A DNA stretch of 64,000 nucleotides, from the NCBI GenBank assembly GCA_963718525.1, contig OY970355.1, positions 1,376,001 through 1,440,000 of the forward strand. The letters run 5' to 3'. Below are positions 60,527-64,000 of the stretch, piece by piece. The notes under the pieces were generated by a model. The model worked only from the letters and a program-made list of their open reading frames with translations, searched no databases and was not told the DNA's origin. Position 1 is the stretch's first letter; each line of letters opens with the position of its first letter. Origin of the DNA: Candidatus Dormiibacterota bacterium (GTDB taxonomy: Bacteria > Chloroflexota > Dormibacteria > Aeolococcales > Aeolococcaceae). A program made the translations under genes and the position numbers.

Positions 60527-62056
60527 TCAGGCGACCGGCTCTCCCGTCGCCGGGTTGAGGATCAGACGGGCATCGATTGGATGGTTGAAGTTGAACATAC
60601 CGTCGATGCTGCCGGCCAGTGCATCGAATGAACCGCCACCGATGCGCGGCAGCGACCAGTTGTCTTCGATGAACCGCAGGATCGATGTCGTGTCGGTGAT
60701 CGCGTTGTCCACGGAATTGCTTCTTGCATATGGCGAGATCACGAGCAATGGAAGCCGCTGTCCGTAGCCGCAGCGATTCTCGAAACCGCCAAGCGGCGTC
60801 CCGTGACCGCAGTGGCCGGCGCCGCTGAGCGCATCCTCGGTGGAGGTTGACGAGTTGACGATCGGCGGCATCACCTGGTCATACCAGCCGTCTGAATCGT
60901 CGTAGGCGATGACGATCGCGGTGGACTTCCAGAACGGCGAATGCTCGATCGCATTGATTGTCTTGACGAGGTACGTCTGCTCGTCGAGCGGATCCGAGTA
61001 CCCGGCGTGCCCGTCCTGGTACCGCGGCGCCTTGACGAAGCTCACCGCGGGCAGGTTGCCGTCGGTGAGGCTCTTGTAGAAGTAGCTGAGGTCGTACTGG
61101 TGGTTCGCCTGTCCGTTGTGACCGACCTCGGCCTCATTCTTGGGCGGGAGGTGCGCTGGATTCGCGGTGCTCGCGTAGTACTGGAATGGATTGTGATGTG
61201 CGCTGTAGTCGGTCACCGCGGCACCGCCGACGTTGTTGTGGCTCGCGCCGCATACGGCCAACCCGCCGGAGGTCCCGGTGGGAGTGAAGCCGCCCTGGAA
61301 CCATCCCCACGTGACATGCCGGGCGTTGAGCTCGCTACCGATGTTGGTGCCGGACATCGCGACCGTCGTTCCGGCCGAGCACTGGTCGTACGTCGGATCG
61401 GCATCGCCGTAGATGGTCCCGTTGTCGGTGACGCCGGAGAGCACCGCGGGCGTCGCGCCATTGGTCTGGCCTGAGACGAGGTTGAGAACGCCCGGCGTCG
61501 AGGGTCCGAACGTCGTGTCGAAGTTGTTGTCGCTCATGGCGAAACGCTGCGCGTAGTTCCAGAGCGCGGTGACGGTGTTGCCGTCGTAATAGTCCATGAC
61601 CAGTCCCGGAGGTGCTGTGTCAGGTGCCGAGCATGTCTCGACCTGGGTGTACTGCGGGAACTTGTCCATGAGCCCGCCGTCCAGGGCCTGCTGCTCGGGC
61701 ATGTAGTCGTGATTCTGGTCGCACGTCAGGATATTGGCCGCACCGAGGCGGCTGGGGTTGACACCGTTCGGATTGGCGGTCAGCAGTTCCGCGGTCAGGC
61801 CATTGACCGCCGGAGTCCCGGGCTTGGCCTTGAAGCGCTGCCCGTCCGTGTTGGTCGCGTTCGGGTACGTGCCGAAGTAGTGGTCGAAGGAGACGTTCTC
61901 CTGAAAGAGCACGACGAGGTGTTTGATGGGCGACGTCGTCGTGGTGCCGCTTTGAACCGTCGGTGCGGCGTTCACAGATGACGCCGTGGCGAGCGTTGCG
62001 CTGGCAATCGTGGCCGAGCCCACCAGCGCCAGGGTGATCAATGGTCGTCTGGTCAT
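60527..62056 (-). CDS. Secreted phosphoesterase (phospholipase C / AcpA family)
   Basis: Signal peptide, IKHLVV.FQENVSFDHYFG, GPSTPG, YDDSDGWYD, RLPLLVISP; AGGAGGAG RBS. Confidence 0.93.
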   Translation of the reverse strand: MTRRPLITLALVGSATIASATLATASSVNAAPTVQSGTTTTSPIKHLVVLFQENVSFDHYFGTYPNATNTDGQRFKAKPGTPAVNGLTAELLTANPNGVNPSRLGAANILTCDQNHDYMPEQQALDGGLMDKFPQYTQVETCSAPDTAPPGLVMDYYDGNTVTALWNYAQRFAMSDNNFDTTFGPSTPGVLNLVSGQTNGATPAVLSGVTDNGTIYGDADPTYDQCSAGTTVAMSGTNIGSELNARHVTWGWFQGGFTPTGTSGGLAVCGASHNNVGGAAVTDYSAHHNPFQYYASTANPAHLPPKNEAEVGHNGQANHQYDLSYFYKSLTDGNLPAVSFVKAPRYQDGHAGYSDPLDEQTYLVKTINAIEHSPFWKSTAIVIAYDDSDGWYDQVMPPIVNSSTSTEDALSGAGHCGHGTPLGGFENRCGYGQRLPLLVISPYARSNSVDNAITDTTSILRFIEDNWSLPRIGGGSFDALAGSIDGMFNFNHPIDARLILNPATGEPVA

Positions 62057-62230
62057 GTCTCCTCCTCGACGAACCCGGGGTCGTCTTCCTGACGGCCCAA
62101 GATGATCGGCTCGCAGTTAAGGACGTTCTGTGCAAGCGTTACGGAGTGGTAAATCCCGGCTAAGGACTGACGAACGCGGACCTGACGACGGTTGGTTGCA
62201 TCCGAGTGACGCTTTAGCTACGATTGGCCG

Positions 62231-62671
62231 ATGACAGGGGGAGTGGTCAGTTCCATTGACGTTCAGGTCGAAGCTGACCGCCCCACTCGCGTGGCGAGGT
62301 TCTTTTCGAGGCAGATGACCATCGCTGCGTTCGTTGCTGTGATCGCGCTGATCTTCCACGTGACCGGATCGACAGGACCCGAGTCGGCGACCGCGAACAT
62401 GTCGGTCTTCGTCCTCGCGATCCTCATCGCGCAGGTCGCCATGCCGCACCGGCACCTTCGCCAGCTAATGACCTCACCGTCGCATACAACTCGGTCGGCC
62501 GCCAACGCCGAGCTCGCCACCACCTGGCAGCGGCGGCGAGATGACCCTCAGAGAGTGCGCTTCTGGGGATACACGGTCTCTCCCCTGGCGAGCATTGCCA
62601 CGAACTGGTTGATCCGTCGCGCGCGGGTTGCAGGCTGCTTGGCGTCGCTGATACGAAAGAGGATCGCGTAG
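62231..62671 (+). CDS. Possible small two-TM membrane protein
   Basis: Two hydrophobic segments; 3' part overlaps the opposite-strand gene by ~120 nt, so the end is doubtful. Confidence 0.35.
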   Translation: MTGGVVSSIDVQVEADRPTRVARFFSRQMTIAAFVAVIALIFHVTGSTGPESATANMSVFVLAILIAQVAMPHRHLRQLMTSPSHTTRSAANAELATTWQRRRDDPQRVRFWGYTVSPLASIATNWLIRRARVAGCLASLIRKRIA

Positions 62672-63141
62672 CGGTTCTGACTGGTCAGGATCTCGAACAT
62701 CGCCCGCGCTCCGGGTTCCGCGTTGAGTGCCGCGGCGAGGTCGGGCGGCACCTCGCTGGACGCGGGGCCGGCATAGGCGGCATCCCAGCGTCCGTCGTGC
62801 TGGGCCCGGTGGACTTCCGCCTCGCCCGCGGGATGCATCCGCCCTTCCGAGCGAAGCCGACCGATGATCCCCACATTGCGTGATGACCACCGGCTCCGTG
62901 CCCGCCGCGGCGTGAATCGCTGCCGGTAGGTCGCCTGGTCGCCAGGCGCCGTCTGACCATCGATCCAGCCGTGACCGAGCGCCTCGTCGAGGGCCTGCGC
63001 GTAGGTGAGGCTCGTTGGTTGGGTGGTGCCCTTCTTGGCCAGCACGAGCCAGACGCCGGCGGGACTGGCGTGATGCTCGCCCAGCCAGCGCCGCCACGCT
63101 GCGGCATCGGGGACGATCAGCTCCGGGATGTCGTCTGCCAT
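62548..63141 (-). CDS. YdeI/OmpD-associated family protein
   Basis: WRRWL, ALGHGWIDG, FTPRR.RSRWS, AKQPATRARRI. Confidence 0.88.
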   Translation of the reverse strand: MADDIPELIVPDAAAWRRWLGEHHASPAGVWLVLAKKGTTQPTSLTYAQALDEALGHGWIDGQTAPGDQATYRQRFTPRRARSRWSSRNVGIIGRLRSEGRMHPAGEAEVHRAQHDGRWDAAYAGPASSEVPPDLAAALNAEPGARAMFEILTSQNRYAILFRISDAKQPATRARRINQFVAMLARGETVYPQKRTL

Positions 63142-63225
63142 CGGTCCAGCGTCGCAGATGGCGCGGGGAACAGCGCACCGGCGGACGGTACGATGGCCGC
63201 TCTGATGAACCGGTGCCGGTAGCAG

Positions 63226-64000
63226 ATGTCCCGCGACTGGCTGTTCGTTGACGGGTCCAGCCTCATCTTTCGCGCGTTCTACGGGGTTCCGAAGACGGTG
63301 AGGTCGCCCGACGGGCGTCTGATCAACGCCGCGCGAGGCTTCCTCGAGACGCTGACGCGGCTTATCGGCACCAGGCATCCGCGACGGCTTGCCGTCGCGA
63401 GCGACGCCGACTGGCGCCCGGACTGGCGGGTCGCACTGATCCCGGGATACAAGGCGCAACGCGTCGCGGAACCCATTCCACCCGCGCTCATCCCGCAGAT
63501 GCCGGTCATCGACGCGTTCCTCGCCGCCATCGGCATCGACGCCCTCGGGGTCACTGACTACGAGGCGGAGGACGTGATCGCAACCTGGACGGCGAAGACA
63601 ACCGGCACCGTCGAGATCGTCAGCGGCGACCGCGATCTCTTTGCGCTGATCGAGGATCCACGAGTCATCGTGCTCTATCCAGAAAAGGGTGCCTGGGCCG
63701 TGATCGACGAAGGCGAGGTCACGCGCCGATACGGGATTCCCGGGCGTCACTACGCGGACTTCGCGATGCTCCGAGGCGACCCGTCGGACGGGTTGCCGGG
63801 ATTGAAGGGCGTCGGCGCGATCGCCGCGGCATCGATGATTCGCCAGCACGGTGGGGTGCCGGCGATACTCGAGGCGCGGAGGCTCAACGAGCACGACCAG
63901 GAGTACCTGACCCGCGCGCTGCGCGTGGTTCCCCCGGTCGCGGACCTGGACATCGAGCTCCCTGCGGGCAACCGGGATCATTACCCCGCCGACCCGGCTG
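63226..64000 (+). CDS. Stand-alone 5'-3' exonuclease / flap endonuclease, truncated by window end
   Basis: Hand translation: LFVDGSSLIFRAFYG, YKAQR, EAEDVIAT, SGDRDL, LRGDPSDGLPGLKGVG. Confidence 0.9.
   Translation, partial: MSRDWLFVDGSSLIFRAFYGVPKTVRSPDGRLINAARGFLETLTRLIGTRHPRRLAVASDADWRPDWRVALIPGYKAQRVAEPIPPALIPQMPVIDAFLAAIGIDALGVTDYEAEDVIATWTAKTTGTVEIVSGDRDLFALIEDPRVIVLYPEKGAWAVIDEGEVTRRYGIPGRHYADFAMLRGDPSDGLPGLKGVGAIAAASMIRQHGGVPAILEARRLNEHDQEYLTRALRVVPPVADLDIELPAGNRDHYPADPA

Noticed and set aside
63205-63228. In-frame ATG...TAG just upstream of the exonuclease (readthrough or uORF)
   Set aside because: The conserved domain begins at ATG 63226; the 5-codon uORF is compatible with chance.
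63142-63981. N-terminal 280 aa of the 477-aa minus ORF 62548..63981
   Set aside because: Shadow of the plus-strand exonuclease; the YdeI-like protein starts at 63141.
60387-64000. Genomic island integrated at the tRNA
   Set aside because: No integrase and no duplicated tRNA 3' end seen in the window.

Overview
High-GC (roughly 68-70% by eye) bacterial chromosomal window, mostly core genes. Gene content and promoter style suggest a soil Terrabacteria lineage such as Ca. Dormibacterota, Chloroflexota or Actinomycetota (inference only). 0.1-13.8 kb: surface-glycan cluster (SAM and CmcI methyltransferases, Wzm/Wzt, GT2s, rmlC/rmlB) with an embedded 1075-aa secreted IPT-repeat protein. 13.8-20.3 kb: DMT, ABC-F, DUF6909-like protein, PfkB kinase, thiolase. 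20.5-24 kb: small accessory genes. The rest holds a histidine kinase, PIG-L deacetylase, cyclophilin, more glycan genes, ETF with a two-component pair, CYTH, LysM-CHAP, asparaginase II, a MaoC/ACAD/SDR operon, a degenerate GH5-like protein, Csp, H+-PPase, VIT1, Mrp, an HD hydrolase, a second IPT-repeat paralog, a CHAP-repeat protein, DNA ligase, dCMP deaminase, tRNA(CAU), a phosphoesterase and a 5'-3' exonuclease. No integrase, transposase or CRISPR array was seen. Most unusual signals: (1) two inverted ~120-nt hairpin elements flanking the CYTH gene, sharing a 72-nt core but with different perfectly paired outer stems; (2) an unannotated 32-aa poly-acidic micropeptide upstream of the HD hydrolase; (3) pervasive leaderless-type starts; (4) three clustered +1 frameshifts that are probably assembly errors.
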